A stretch of 64,000 nucleotides of DNA from an uncultured virus (IMG/VR IMGVR_UViG_3300032268_000759) (lineage: Duplodnaviria; Heunggongvirae; Uroviricota; Caudoviricetes): IMG/VR virus record IMGVR_UViG_3300032268_000759, positions 90,841 through 154,840 of that record; one strand, written 5' to 3'. Shown piece by piece: positions 36,160-47,849 of the stretch. The notes beneath the pieces were generated by a model. That model did not search any database. It was given only the letters and a program-made list of their open reading frames with translations, and was not told the origin of the DNA. The position numbers and the translations under genes were made by a program. The stretch's first letter is position 1; each line of letters opens with the position of its first letter.

Positions 36160-36795
36160 ATGAAGTTATTACCAAAATCAAATGGAAACGTTCCTCGTAC
36201 GGAAGAAGAAATCGAGAATATGATTAAAGAAGCTACTGTACATTATGGTAAGTTCTTAGAAGCAGTAGGTTTTGATTATAAAGCAGATCCTCAAACTATA
36301 GATACACCTAAACGTGTTTCAAAAGCATGGTTAAAAGATTTGATTATAGGATCAGTATCAAATGAACCAAATATTACTACATTTCCTAATGAAGAAAACT
36401 ATGATGGCTTAGTGGTACAAGGTGGAATACCAGTTACATCAATGTGTGCTCATCATAATTTAGCATTTACAGGTTACGCTACAGTAGCATATCTACCTGG
36501 TGAACAAGTAGTTGGTTTAAGTAAGTTAAATCGTATTGTAGAATGGTTTTCTCGTAGACCGCAAATGCAAGAGTCATTAACACAACAAATCCATAACTAT
36601 ATAGCTGAGAAAATGGATTGTAGTTCAGTAGCAGTAAGTATAGCTTGTAAACATACATGTTGTTCACATAGAGGTATTAAACATAATTCAGTAATGACTA
36701 CTAATAAGTTTTCAGGTGCATTTATGGAAAAAGATAATTTAATCCGTGAGGAATTTTTACACGCTATTGAAAAAAATGGTACTAATCTTAAATAA
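36160..36795 (+). CDS. folE: GTP cyclohydrolase I
   Basis: TPKRV, SMCAHH, GLSKLNR, RRPQMQE, HTCC..RG. Confidence 0.92.
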   Translation: MKLLPKSNGNVPRTEEEIENMIKEATVHYGKFLEAVGFDYKADPQTIDTPKRVSKAWLKDLIIGSVSNEPNITTFPNEENYDGLVVQGGIPVTSMCAHHNLAFTGYATVAYLPGEQVVGLSKLNRIVEWFSRRPQMQESLTQQIHNYIAEKMDCSSVAVSIACKHTCCSHRGIKHNSVMTTNKFSGAFMEKDNLIREEFLHAIEKNGTNLK

Positions 36796-36798
36796 GAT

Positions 36799-37278
36799 AT
36801 GACAGATAAATATATACCGTACATCTCAGAAGTAGAAACATTTAATGCTACTATGGGTAAACCAAATACTTATACACCTAACATCCCAGATGAAAAAGAA
36901 TGGATGTTTGTATATAACTTTATTTTAGAAGAACTTGAAGAATATAAACATGCTTGTGAAACTGGTAATATTGTTGAAGTATTAGATGCTTTATGTGATA
37001 TTACTTATGTAGCGACAGGTAATGGTGTTATGCTGCATGGTTTAAAAGATCAGTTCCAATCTGCATATGCTGAGGTACAAGCCTCAAATATGTCTAAAGC
37101 TTGTAAGACTGAAGAAGAAGCAATTGAAACTGTAAAAATAAGAAGTATAGAACAAGATACAGATTGCCATTATGAAAAAGTAGGTGACTACTGGATTGTG
37201 TATCGTACTCATGATAGAAAAGTAATGAAAAATATAAATTACTTTAGACCTGATTTAAAACAGTTTCTTAATAAATAA
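36799..37278 (+). other. MazG-like (all-alpha) nucleoside triphosphate pyrophosphohydrolase
   Basis: EELEEY, VEVLDALCDITYV, EVQASNMSK, KVMK...Y.RPDL. Confidence 0.8.
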
Positions 37279-37299
37279 TTAAATATATTAAATATTTAG

Positions 37300-37325
37300 A
37301 AGCTTGCCGTTTGGCAAGCTTTTCT
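37300..37325 (+). terminator. intrinsic terminator closing the que cluster
   Basis: AAGCTTGCC-GTTT-GGCAAGCTT then TTCT. Confidence 0.75.
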
Positions 37326-37336
37326 CATTCCATTGT

Positions 37337-37351
37337 AATATTTATGACAAA
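37337..37351 (+). promoter_or_regulatory. putative late promoter AATATTTATGACAAA
   Basis: Late motif variant upstream of the isolated fibre gene. Confidence 0.6.
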
Positions 37352-37365
37352 ATAAATCAATTATA

Positions 37366-40041
37366 ATGGCATTAATATTAAGACAAACTAAAGGCGCTCC
37401 ATTGACATATGGTGAATTAGATGGTAATTTAACATATCTTTCTGAATCATATGCAGGATTAAGTGGCTCTAATACATTTAATGGTAATCAAACCATAGTA
37501 GGTAATCTAAATGTATTTGGGTCAGCATCTTTTACATATGTAACATCATCTACTAATGAAATAAGTTCATCAACATTTGGTATTACTATATCAACTCCTA
37601 CAATACGTTATGGTTTATATAATGTTTATGATGTAGGTTCAACTAAAACAACAGCATCATTTGCTTGGGACTCAACTAATAGTTACTGGTTATATCAAAA
37701 AGTTACAGGTTCTGTTACTAGTAGTGCTATATTTTTAACAGGTCCTAAAGGTACAGGAGGTTTAGGAACAGAAGCAAACATTCCACAATATCGTGTCCCT
37801 ATGTCTAATGGTGATCAATCATTAGTAAATTCTAATATATTCACTAGTGGTTCTTTTAATACTATAACAGGTTCAACACTTATATATTCTTTCGCTTCTT
37901 ACTCTACCCCAACATTAGGTACAGGTTCAGGTGGTTTCTTTTTAGGTGGAGACTCAGGATTTTATGGTTTATATATGGGTGTCTCATCATCAGGAACTAC
38001 ATGGATTCAATCTAATAGAAATGATGGTTTAGGATTAGCTTATAATATAGCACTTCAACCAGTTGGAGGTAATGTAAATATAGGTAAATTTAATCCCGCC
38101 ACTACAGGTCCTAAATTAGATATATCAGGTAGTACATTATTAACAGGATCTTTAGATATATTAGGTAATACAGTTATTACAGGTTCATTAATTGTAACAG
38201 GAGGAATAACAGCTACAGCTTCATATGCTTCAAATGCTAACTCATCATCATTTGCTTTAACATCTACAAGTGCGAGTAATGCTAGAACAGCTTCATTTTA
38301 TGATGGTTCAGTTACAAGTTCATCATTTGCTTCTACAGCATCATATGTTTTAAATGCTGTTTCAAGTTCATTTGCAGCTACATCTATATCATCATCATTT
38401 GCAACAACATCATCACTTACATCACAAGCTATAAGTGCTAGTTTTGCTACAACTGCTTCATATATATTAAATGCTGTGAGTTCATCATTTGCTACAACTG
38501 CCTCATTTTTAAGACCATTAAGTCAAAGTGTAGTAAATACAGGTAGTTTAGTAACAAGAAATACAGCAACTACAACAACATTTGCCGCTATTGGTAGATC
38601 AGGTAGTTTATATATTGATTTAAGTGGTGTTGGTCTTAATTACATAGATGGAAATGCTTTATTTATAAGAAACTCAGCTGGTACAACTAATTTAGTAACA
38701 GTATCTGGTAGTAAATTTATGGTTTCAGCTCCAACAGAATTAAGTGGATCTTTATCAATGCGAAGAGCAGATGGTGATGTAGCATTATTTGTTAGTTCAT
38801 CTGTAAGTTCATCTACTAGCACATCAGTTGTAGGAACAACTGCTAGTTTTGATAGTACTATAGCCTTTACTCCAGGTGGTTCTAATACAACAACTTGGGA
38901 TACAAATTTAGATATTTATTATTCAGGTAATTCAGGTAGTGGTCATACTAATCTAAGTCCAGTATCAAGTCAAGCAGCAGATAATGTTGCATATAGTACA
39001 TTTACTATTGTTCTTAATGATGGAGCAGGTACTGGTATTTCATTAACTCCAAGTGGAAGTATACCAAGTAATAAATATACTATATGGATATATGCTTCAG
39101 GTAGTATAAATAAATGGTTTGAAAAAATAGATAATGATATAAGTATTTTAAAATCTTCAGGTTTAACTATAAACATAAATGGAGGTAATACTAATACTCA
39201 ATTAGAAAGTGATTTAATATCAACTGGTTTTGCTGAAACATCTGATCCTAATCCATATACTAATAATATAACTACTATACTTACTATATCATCATCATTT
39301 ACTTCATCATTAATGAATGTTAAAGGTGCAACTATAATAACAGGCTCATTAAATGTAAGTGGTTCAACAAGTTTTGTAGGGACTCATACTTTATCTGGTT
39401 CAAATACTATTATTGGAGATACAGTAATGAGTGGTAGTATTATAATTAGTGGATCAACTACATTTAGAAATAGTATATTTACTGTTACTGGTTCTCAGTT
39501 TTATACTGGTTCATCTGATTTTAAAGGTAGCCAAACAATAACAGGTTCATTAAGATTAACTAGTAATGGTATAGGAACAGGATTATTTATTAATGGTCAA
39601 AAACAATTTAACTATATATCTCTTTTCCATACAGCAAGTATATTACCTACACAAAATGTATCTGGTTCATTTATATATAGTTCTCAAATAACATCAAGTG
39701 GTATATCTGTTGTAAGTGGTAGTAGAATAACATTTGCTAATACAGGTACATACAATATTCAATTCTCAACTCAAATGTATACTCCTACTAATAACACTAA
39801 TGTTTATATTTGGTTTAAAAAGAATGGAACAAATATAGCGAATTCAGCTACACAAATAGATATAGGTACTTCTGATTATGGAGTAGCAGCATGGAACTTT
39901 GTAGATACATTCACCTCAGGTTCATATGCTGAAATAGTATACCAAACTGATCAAAACAATGTTCAATTTCAATATTCTGCATCCTCAGGAAACATACCTG
40001 CAATTCCTTCAATAATAGCAACAGTTACTCAAGTAGCTTAA
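37366..40041 (+). CDS. tail/head fibre-like virion protein (S/T/G-rich)
   Basis: N-terminal LRQTKGAPLTYGELDGNL, TASYA/SSSFA spacer repeats, C-terminal GTYNIQFS..IWFKKNG C1q/BclA-like head. Confidence 0.7.
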   Translation: MALILRQTKGAPLTYGELDGNLTYLSESYAGLSGSNTFNGNQTIVGNLNVFGSASFTYVTSSTNEISSSTFGITISTPTIRYGLYNVYDVGSTKTTASFAWDSTNSYWLYQKVTGSVTSSAIFLTGPKGTGGLGTEANIPQYRVPMSNGDQSLVNSNIFTSGSFNTITGSTLIYSFASYSTPTLGTGSGGFFLGGDSGFYGLYMGVSSSGTTWIQSNRNDGLGLAYNIALQPVGGNVNIGKFNPATTGPKLDISGSTLLTGSLDILGNTVITGSLIVTGGITATASYASNANSSSFALTSTSASNARTASFYDGSVTSSSFASTASYVLNAVSSSFAATSISSSFATTSSLTSQAISASFATTASYILNAVSSSFATTASFLRPLSQSVVNTGSLVTRNTATTTTFAAIGRSGSLYIDLSGVGLNYIDGNALFIRNSAGTTNLVTVSGSKFMVSAPTELSGSLSMRRADGDVALFVSSSVSSSTSTSVVGTTASFDSTIAFTPGGSNTTTWDTNLDIYYSGNSGSGHTNLSPVSSQAADNVAYSTFTIVLNDGAGTGISLTPSGSIPSNKYTIWIYASGSINKWFEKIDNDISILKSSGLTININGGNTNTQLESDLISTGFAETSDPNPYTNNITTILTISSSFTSSLMNVKGATIITGSLNVSGSTSFVGTHTLSGSNTIIGDTVMSGSIIISGSTTFRNSIFTVTGSQFYTGSSDFKGSQTITGSLRLTSNGIGTGLFINGQKQFNYISLFHTASILPTQNVSGSFIYSSQITSSGISVVSGSRITFANTGTYNIQFSTQMYTPTNNTNVYIWFKKNGTNIANSATQIDIGTSDYGVAAWNFVDTFTSGSYAEIVYQTDQNNVQFQYSASSGNIPAIPSIIATVTQVA

Positions 40042-40059
40042 AAATAAAAATAAAGTAAG

Positions 40060-40091
40060 ATTGGCTCCTTCGGGAGCTTTTCTTATCTTTA
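40060..40091 (+). terminator. UUCG-tetraloop terminator nested in promoter ATTG-N20-TATCTTTA
   Basis: GCTCC-TTCG-GGAGC-TTTTCTT at 40064-40084. Confidence 0.7.
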
Positions 40092-40096
40092 TTTAT

Positions 40097-42691
40097 ATGT
40101 ATCAATCTATTTATTATAATTATCGTGACTACACTTACCATCTTCGTGATGATAAACAAGGTTGGATTGATTTTCAATACCAACCTACTTATTGGAAACG
40201 AGTACCTGAATGGAGAGATGGAGCTCAACCTATATTAACTGGTGGATGGGCTGTACCAACCAAAAAATTAGATAAAAATGATCCTGATTTATTAGAAAAA
40301 GATTTAGATAAAAAATTACTTGTACTTCGAGAATTATATTACCAATATGATGATATAGTACCTTCATATCAAAATATAGTTTATATAGATATTGAAATTG
40401 AAATAGGAGGAGCACTTACTCCTAGTTATATTAAGTCTGCTCCTATGCCTATTACTTCAATTGCTTTAATTGATATAACAACTAAACAAAAAATATGTTT
40501 TGTAGTAGATAAAACAAATCAAATAAAAGAAATAAATACAGGAGATAAACTTATTATACCTTGTAGTTCAGAAAGAGAATTAATTAAACGATTTATAGAT
40601 AAATTTGAGGAACTAGACCCAACAATATTAGTTGGATGGAACTCAGAATACTTTGATATACCATACTTATATTATAGGATGCATAGTATTGTAGGTAATG
40701 AAGTTAATCGTTTATCTCCACTGGGTATCATTGATGAACGTGAATTTAATGGTGAGAACCAAGTTACAATTGCAGGTGTTAATCACTTAGATTATATGTT
40801 GCTTCATAAAAAGTATATTATGAAGGAAGAATCATCATACAAATTAGGTGACATAGGTCTAAAATATGTTAATTTAGGTAAGATTGAATATGAAGGTAAT
40901 TTAAATACATTATTTAGAGATGACCCAGAAAAATTTATTGATTATAACTTACGAGATGTTGAGATTGTTGAAGCATTAGAAGGTAAATTAAAGTTTATAG
41001 ATTTAACAATTATGATTTCTCATATTTGTAATATTCCATATGAATCAATTTATTGGAATACTGTTATGAATGAGGGTGCTATATTAAAATATCTTAAACG
41101 TGAGGGTATTGTTTCACCTAATAAACCAACAACACATAATCAACAGTTAAGACCAATTTCTGGAGTTAAAGGAGAAACATATGCTGGAGGTTATTTATTA
41201 GAACCAATACCAGGTTTATACTTTGATGTTATTGATCTAGATTTTACATCACTGTATCCTTCAATTATTAAATCATTAAATTTAGGTGTTGAAACATTAG
41301 TTGGTAGAATAAAAGTAGATTATAAACCAACATATGAACAAAATCATAGTTTAGAAAAACTAAAAGAACGAGACCCAGATGAAATAATCAACATAGAAAA
41401 ATTAGATAAGAAAAATTACAGATTAAAATCAGGTCAAATACGATTAGGAGATTTCATTAATTTAGTTGAAAAACAAGAATATACTATATCAGCATCTGGA
41501 GCTATTTTTAGAACTGATGAACAAAGTATAGTAGCTAAAATATTAGAAGGTTGGTTTGATAAACGAGAACATTATAGAGGTTTAAAGAAAACAGCTGGTA
41601 AAGAAGAGGATTGGGTGAATTATAAATCATATGATTTGTTTCAACATGCTTTTAAAATTCTACAAAATGCTATGTATGGTACATTTGCTAAATCAGGATG
41701 GAGATATACAGATGGACATTTAATTTGTAGTGCTGCTATTACAAATACAGGTCAAAGATTAACTCAAGAATCAATTAACTATTTAAATGATAGAATAAAT
41801 ACTGAGTTGCAAATAAATAAACAACATATTTGTATTTCAGACACTGATTCCATGTATATTGTACTAGGTGATTTATTAAAACATAGATATAAAGACTTAA
41901 CTTTAGAAAATAAAAATCAATATATTTTAGAAATAGCATCTGAATTACAGGAAGCAGCAAATTATAACCTGAATTCAATATGTAGGGAAATATTTAATAT
42001 TAATCCAAATATTCATTATTTTCAATTAAAACAAGAGGTAATTGCTACAAGTATTATTGTGACAGGTAAACGTCGTTATGCAATGTATGTTACAAATAAG
42101 GAGGGTGTAGCTGTTGAAGAATTAGATATGAAGGGACTTGAACTAATGAAATCCAATATGAATAAATTATTTAAATCATTTGGAGAACAATTTATTAAAG
42201 ATATATTATTTAGTAAAGATAAAGCTGAATTAGATTTAGATATTATTAATTTTTATAAAAAACTAAAAACAACAGATCCAAGACAATTAGGTAAACCAAC
42301 AGGTGTTAAACAAATAAATTCATATTATTTACCACCACGAGCAGGAGAAATATTTAGTTCATTTAGAACTGGAGCACCTTCAAATACTAAAGCAGCAGTT
42401 CGTTACAATGATTTATTACGTTTTAAAAAACTAGATACAACATATGAATCTGTTATTGAAGGTGATAAAATTTTTATTATTAACTTAAAACAAAATGGAT
42501 TTAAACTGGAAACAATAGGTTTACCAAATGCTAAGGTTCCTGAGGTAATAGAGAAATTTGTTAGAGATTTTATTAATATAGAGGAGATATTTGAATCATT
42601 ACTATTAAATAAACTTAAGGAACTATATAAAGATTTAAAATGGGATTTCCCAGCATTAAATGAAAACGTTACAAAATTTTTTAAATTTTAA
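40097..42691 (+). CDS. family B replicative DNA polymerase (T4 gp43-like)
   Basis: ExoI DIEIE, GWNSEYFDIPY, YNLRDV, DFTSLYPS, KILQNAMYG, DTDS, KRRYA; start re-called at ATG 40097. Confidence 0.93.
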   Translation: MYQSIYYNYRDYTYHLRDDKQGWIDFQYQPTYWKRVPEWRDGAQPILTGGWAVPTKKLDKNDPDLLEKDLDKKLLVLRELYYQYDDIVPSYQNIVYIDIEIEIGGALTPSYIKSAPMPITSIALIDITTKQKICFVVDKTNQIKEINTGDKLIIPCSSERELIKRFIDKFEELDPTILVGWNSEYFDIPYLYYRMHSIVGNEVNRLSPLGIIDEREFNGENQVTIAGVNHLDYMLLHKKYIMKEESSYKLGDIGLKYVNLGKIEYEGNLNTLFRDDPEKFIDYNLRDVEIVEALEGKLKFIDLTIMISHICNIPYESIYWNTVMNEGAILKYLKREGIVSPNKPTTHNQQLRPISGVKGETYAGGYLLEPIPGLYFDVIDLDFTSLYPSIIKSLNLGVETLVGRIKVDYKPTYEQNHSLEKLKERDPDEIINIEKLDKKNYRLKSGQIRLGDFINLVEKQEYTISASGAIFRTDEQSIVAKILEGWFDKREHYRGLKKTAGKEEDWVNYKSYDLFQHAFKILQNAMYGTFAKSGWRYTDGHLICSAAITNTGQRLTQESINYLNDRINTELQINKQHICISDTDSMYIVLGDLLKHRYKDLTLENKNQYILEIASELQEAANYNLNSICREIFNINPNIHYFQLKQEVIATSIIVTGKRRYAMYVTNKEGVAVEELDMKGLELMKSNMNKLFKSFGEQFIKDILFSKDKAELDLDIINFYKKLKTTDPRQLGKPTGVKQINSYYLPPRAGEIFSSFRTGAPSNTKAAVRYNDLLRFKKLDTTYESVIEGDKIFIINLKQNGFKLETIGLPNAKVPEVIEKFVRDFINIEEIFESLLLNKLKELYKDLKWDFPALNENVTKFFKF

Positions 42692-42693
42692 AT

Positions 42694-43428
42694 ATGATAC
42701 ATAAATTAACATTACAAAGCATTATTTCAAAATATTACTTAAATGGTACAGTTGAAGCGGTTAAATGGGCTATTAAAGATGAAATACTAAATATTCGTTT
42801 TATGTCACCGTCTAAAGATATGTTAGGTGAGATTGAGTACAAAACCATTGGTTTAACCAACATTGAATTGGCAATATTTAATACGTCCCAACTAAATAAA
42901 CTAATTGGTATAACCGCAGGTACTTTACTATTAGACATTAATAAACATGGTAATGTTGCTACTCGTTTGAACATCCAGGATTCTCAATACAATTTAACAT
43001 ATGCATTAGCTGACACATTATTAATTGGTAAAGTAGCAAAAGTTGAAGAGCCAGAATCATACATTGTTGAAACAAATATAAACAATGAACAAATAACTGC
43101 CCTAATTAAAGCCAAATCAGCGTTGCCTGATACAACTCATATTATAATTAAGAATAGTACAGACTTTAATGAAGATACTGTTTTAGAATTCATATTAGGT
43201 GATCAGGGTGATTTTTCAAATAAAATTACATATTACATTCCAACCCCAATTGAATCATCATTTAAATTACCTTTTGACGCGAATATGTTTAAAGAAATAT
43301 TGAATGCAAATAAAGACGCAGATAATGGTAAATTAAGTTTGAGTCGTGATGGTTTGATGAAAATTGAATTTAAATACAAAGATGAACTATCTGCTACATA
43401 TTTTATGGTAAGAAAGCAAGAAGATTAA
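42694..43428 (+). CDS. sliding clamp (T4 gp45-like)
   Basis: 244 aa directly after PolB; ends KLSLSRDGLMKIEF...ATYFMV, typical of clamps; clamp loader nearby. Confidence 0.65.
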   Translation: MIHKLTLQSIISKYYLNGTVEAVKWAIKDEILNIRFMSPSKDMLGEIEYKTIGLTNIELAIFNTSQLNKLIGITAGTLLLDINKHGNVATRLNIQDSQYNLTYALADTLLIGKVAKVEEPESYIVETNINNEQITALIKAKSALPDTTHIIIKNSTDFNEDTVLEFILGDQGDFSNKITYYIPTPIESSFKLPFDANMFKEILNANKDADNGKLSLSRDGLMKIEFKYKDELSATYFMVRKQED

Positions 43429-43436
43429 CTAACAAG

Positions 43437-43468
43437 CTTGGCTCCCCCAGAACAAGATGTTATATTTA
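43437..43468 (+). promoter_or_regulatory. Bacteroidetes-like promoter CTTG-N20-TATATTTA
   Basis: Fixed-spacing motif upstream of the groES/groEL unit. Confidence 0.65.
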
Positions 43469-43490
43469 TATCATAATAAAAATTAAAGTT

Positions 43491-43838
43491 ATGGAAGAAA
43501 ATGAATTATTAGTTTCGTCTACTATCATTAAAGACGCACTTATTGAACCTTATTTTATAGGTAAGGATGCAAATTGTTACACGGTTTATGAGTTATCAAA
43601 AGCAAAAAATGATACTGATAATAAACCTAAAAGAGGTAGAAAACGTGTTCTTACTGAAGAAAACAAAGATAAAACATATCTTAAATCTCATGGTTACTTT
43701 AATAAGTTTGAACATTGTTTACATCAAATTGCTAAATTAAAAGTTAATACTACTAACTATGATAGTATTAAAGCATATATCACTGAGTGGGATCGTGTTA
43801 AAGGAGAATTAAACCAAATTATTAACATAGGAGTATAA
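43491..43838 (+). CDS. hypothetical protein
   Basis: IKDALIEPYFI.KD..CYTV; basic KPKRGRKR insert. Confidence 0.7.
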   Translation: MEENELLVSSTIIKDALIEPYFIGKDANCYTVYELSKAKNDTDNKPKRGRKRVLTEENKDKTYLKSHGYFNKFEHCLHQIAKLKVNTTNYDSIKAYITEWDRVKGELNQIINIGV

Positions 43839-43840
43839 AT

Positions 43841-45775
<1,935 letters not shown>

Positions 45776-45776
<1 letters not shown>

Positions 45777-46021
45777 TGACTGAGAATATAGAAAAAAATA
45801 TTCTAATAGCTGAGCGTGTTCCACCTGGTGATCAATGGAAAATGATGGGTACTACGTACCCATCATTAATTGAAATGCTAAATGCTTACCACAAAATAGC
45901 TGTTGGTAAATATAAAGCTTATAGGTTAGAACCAGCGGTAGGTAAAGTGTATGCTATTACTGAGGCAATACAAGAAGTTCCACAACCTAAAAAATATGAT
46001 TTATACGGAGATCATGAGTAA
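45776..46021 (+). CDS. hypothetical protein
   Basis: TAATG overlap with groEL; IAERVPPGDQW. Confidence 0.65.
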
Positions 46022-46928
46022 AAAACATACTATTTTAAATGAAAAATATAGACCTGATACTTTAGAGGGTTATGTTTGTAGAGATGAAGACAGGATTAAA
46101 TTCCAAGAATTCATTGATAATCAAGATGTTCCTCATTTATTGTTTGCTGGTAAACCAGGAGCAGGTAAAACTACACTAGCTAAAATATTAGTTAAAAATA
46201 TTAACTGTGATTATCTATATATTAATGCTACTGATGAAAGGTCAATAGATATTATGAGAGATAAAGTAGGAGCATTTGCTGCTGCAGGTTCATTTAAACC
46301 ACTTAAAATAGTAATTTTAGATGAGGCAACTCATATACTTCAAGCATCACAAGTAATATTACTTAATATGATGGAAACGTTTAGTTTAACTACTCGTTTT
46401 ATCCTAACAGGTAACTATCCAGAGCGATTAATTGAACCACTTAGAAGTAGATGTCAGGAATTTGATTTACAACCACCATCTAAAAAAGTAATTGCTAAAC
46501 ATATTGATAGTATCTTAAATCAAGAAAATATAGAACATACAGTTGAAGATGTAGTCACTATAGTTAAGAAATTTTATCCTGATTATAGAAAAATAATTAA
46601 TAGTTGTCAAAAATATACTGTTAATGGAGTTCTTAAATTAGATAACTTATCTGGAGCTGATAATGAATATAAGGAAAAAGTATTAGAACAACTAAAATCT
46701 AAAAAACCAGAACTAAATACTATTAGACAGATTATAGCTAATAGTGAAGTAGATGAATTTACTGATTTATTTAGATTTTTATTTGATAATATAGAAGTAT
46801 ATTCTAAAGGAAATGAGGGTGAAATAATAATGGCTATAAGTGAATATCAATATCATTCTAATTTCCGTATGGATCAAGAGATCAATATAATGAGTTTAAT
46901 AAGTAAAATCTTACAAATTATAAAATAA
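46014..46928 (+). CDS. clamp loader large subunit (RFC / T4 gp44-like)
   Basis: EKYRP, GKPGAGKTT, ILDEA, PLRSRC; start re-called at ATG 46014. Confidence 0.92.
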   Translation: MSKKHTILNEKYRPDTLEGYVCRDEDRIKFQEFIDNQDVPHLLFAGKPGAGKTTLAKILVKNINCDYLYINATDERSIDIMRDKVGAFAAAGSFKPLKIVILDEATHILQASQVILLNMMETFSLTTRFILTGNYPERLIEPLRSRCQEFDLQPPSKKVIAKHIDSILNQENIEHTVEDVVTIVKKFYPDYRKIINSCQKYTVNGVLKLDNLSGADNEYKEKVLEQLKSKKPELNTIRQIIANSEVDEFTDLFRFLFDNIEVYSKGNEGEIIMAISEYQYHSNFRMDQEINIMSLISKILQIIK

Positions 46929-47182
46929 TGAATAACAACGAACAACCAAGATTAAATGTTGATTTAAATTCAACTCGTCCTGCTCCATCAGCAGCAGGTA
47001 ACCATGTATTTACTGAAGGTTTTGTACTAAGAAGAATATCTAAGTTTTTAACAGGTACAAATGAAGATGGAATGATTCCAATACCTTGTTTTTATGATGT
47101 TAAGACAGGTGAAATACTGATTGAAACATTACCTAAAGAATTAAGAGAAGAGTATGAAGAATACCAAAAAGCCAGCGAATAG
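46928..47182 (+). CDS. hypothetical protein
   Basis: 84-aa ORF between the clamp loader subunits. Confidence 0.65.
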   Translation: MNNNEQPRLNVDLNSTRPAPSAAGNHVFTEGFVLRRISKFLTGTNEDGMIPIPCFYDVKTGEILIETLPKELREEYEEYQKASE

Positions 47183-47594
47183 TTTTACAATATTTGATTG
47201 GTTAAAGGAGGTTAGTTATAATAAATCTCCATGGGATAGTTTTTCAAATGAACAGAAAAAATCATTTGAACCGTATATGATTAATCGATTTCTAAGTATG
47301 AATAAAGAATACATTGAATTGATTAATTATATACAAATTACTCCATATAATGAAAAAGAAAAATATTATAAAATATATTGTAATTTTTTACCTAAAAAAC
47401 AATTCTGGTCTAAGTATATTAAAGCAGAAAAATCAAATATAAATGATGATTTAGTAAAGCATATAACTTTTTATTTTGAATGCTCAAGTAAAGACGCTAT
47501 TGAATATATTGAGTTACTTAGTAAAGATAATTTAAAAGAGATTTTATCTGGCTTAGGTATTGAAGATAAAGAAATTAAAAAACTACTAAAATGA
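47154..47594 (+). CDS. clamp loader small subunit (T4 gp62-like)
   Basis: IFDWL, PYMINRFLSM, LPKK..SKYIK, YFECS..DA.EY. Confidence 0.75.
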   Translation: MKNTKKPANSFTIFDWLKEVSYNKSPWDSFSNEQKKSFEPYMINRFLSMNKEYIELINYIQITPYNEKEKYYKIYCNFLPKKQFWSKYIKAEKSNINDDLVKHITFYFECSSKDAIEYIELLSKDNLKEILSGLGIEDKEIKKLLK

Positions 47595-47845
47595 AAGATA
47601 AAATTACAGAAGCAGTTATTGAAGACTTAAAATCAAGAAGTGAACGTGGTATTAAAAAATATAATACTACATTATCAGAGAACAATAAAGATGATTTTAT
47701 GAATCACTTATATGAGGAATTACTTGATGCAGCTCAATATACTAAAAAAGAAATGTCTATTATTCCTTCATTACAAGATTTAATAGCTAGATTTCCAAAT
47801 GATCAAGAGTTAGGAGCTGTAGTTAGAGAAATTTTTAGTAAATAA
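47591..47845 (+). CDS. small all-alpha NTP-pyrophosphatase-like protein
   Basis: RSERGIKKYNTTL...HLYEELLDAAQY. Confidence 0.45.
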   Translation: MKDKITEAVIEDLKSRSERGIKKYNTTLSENNKDDFMNHLYEELLDAAQYTKKEMSIIPSLQDLIARFPNDQELGAVVREIFSK

Positions 47846-47849
47846 TATT

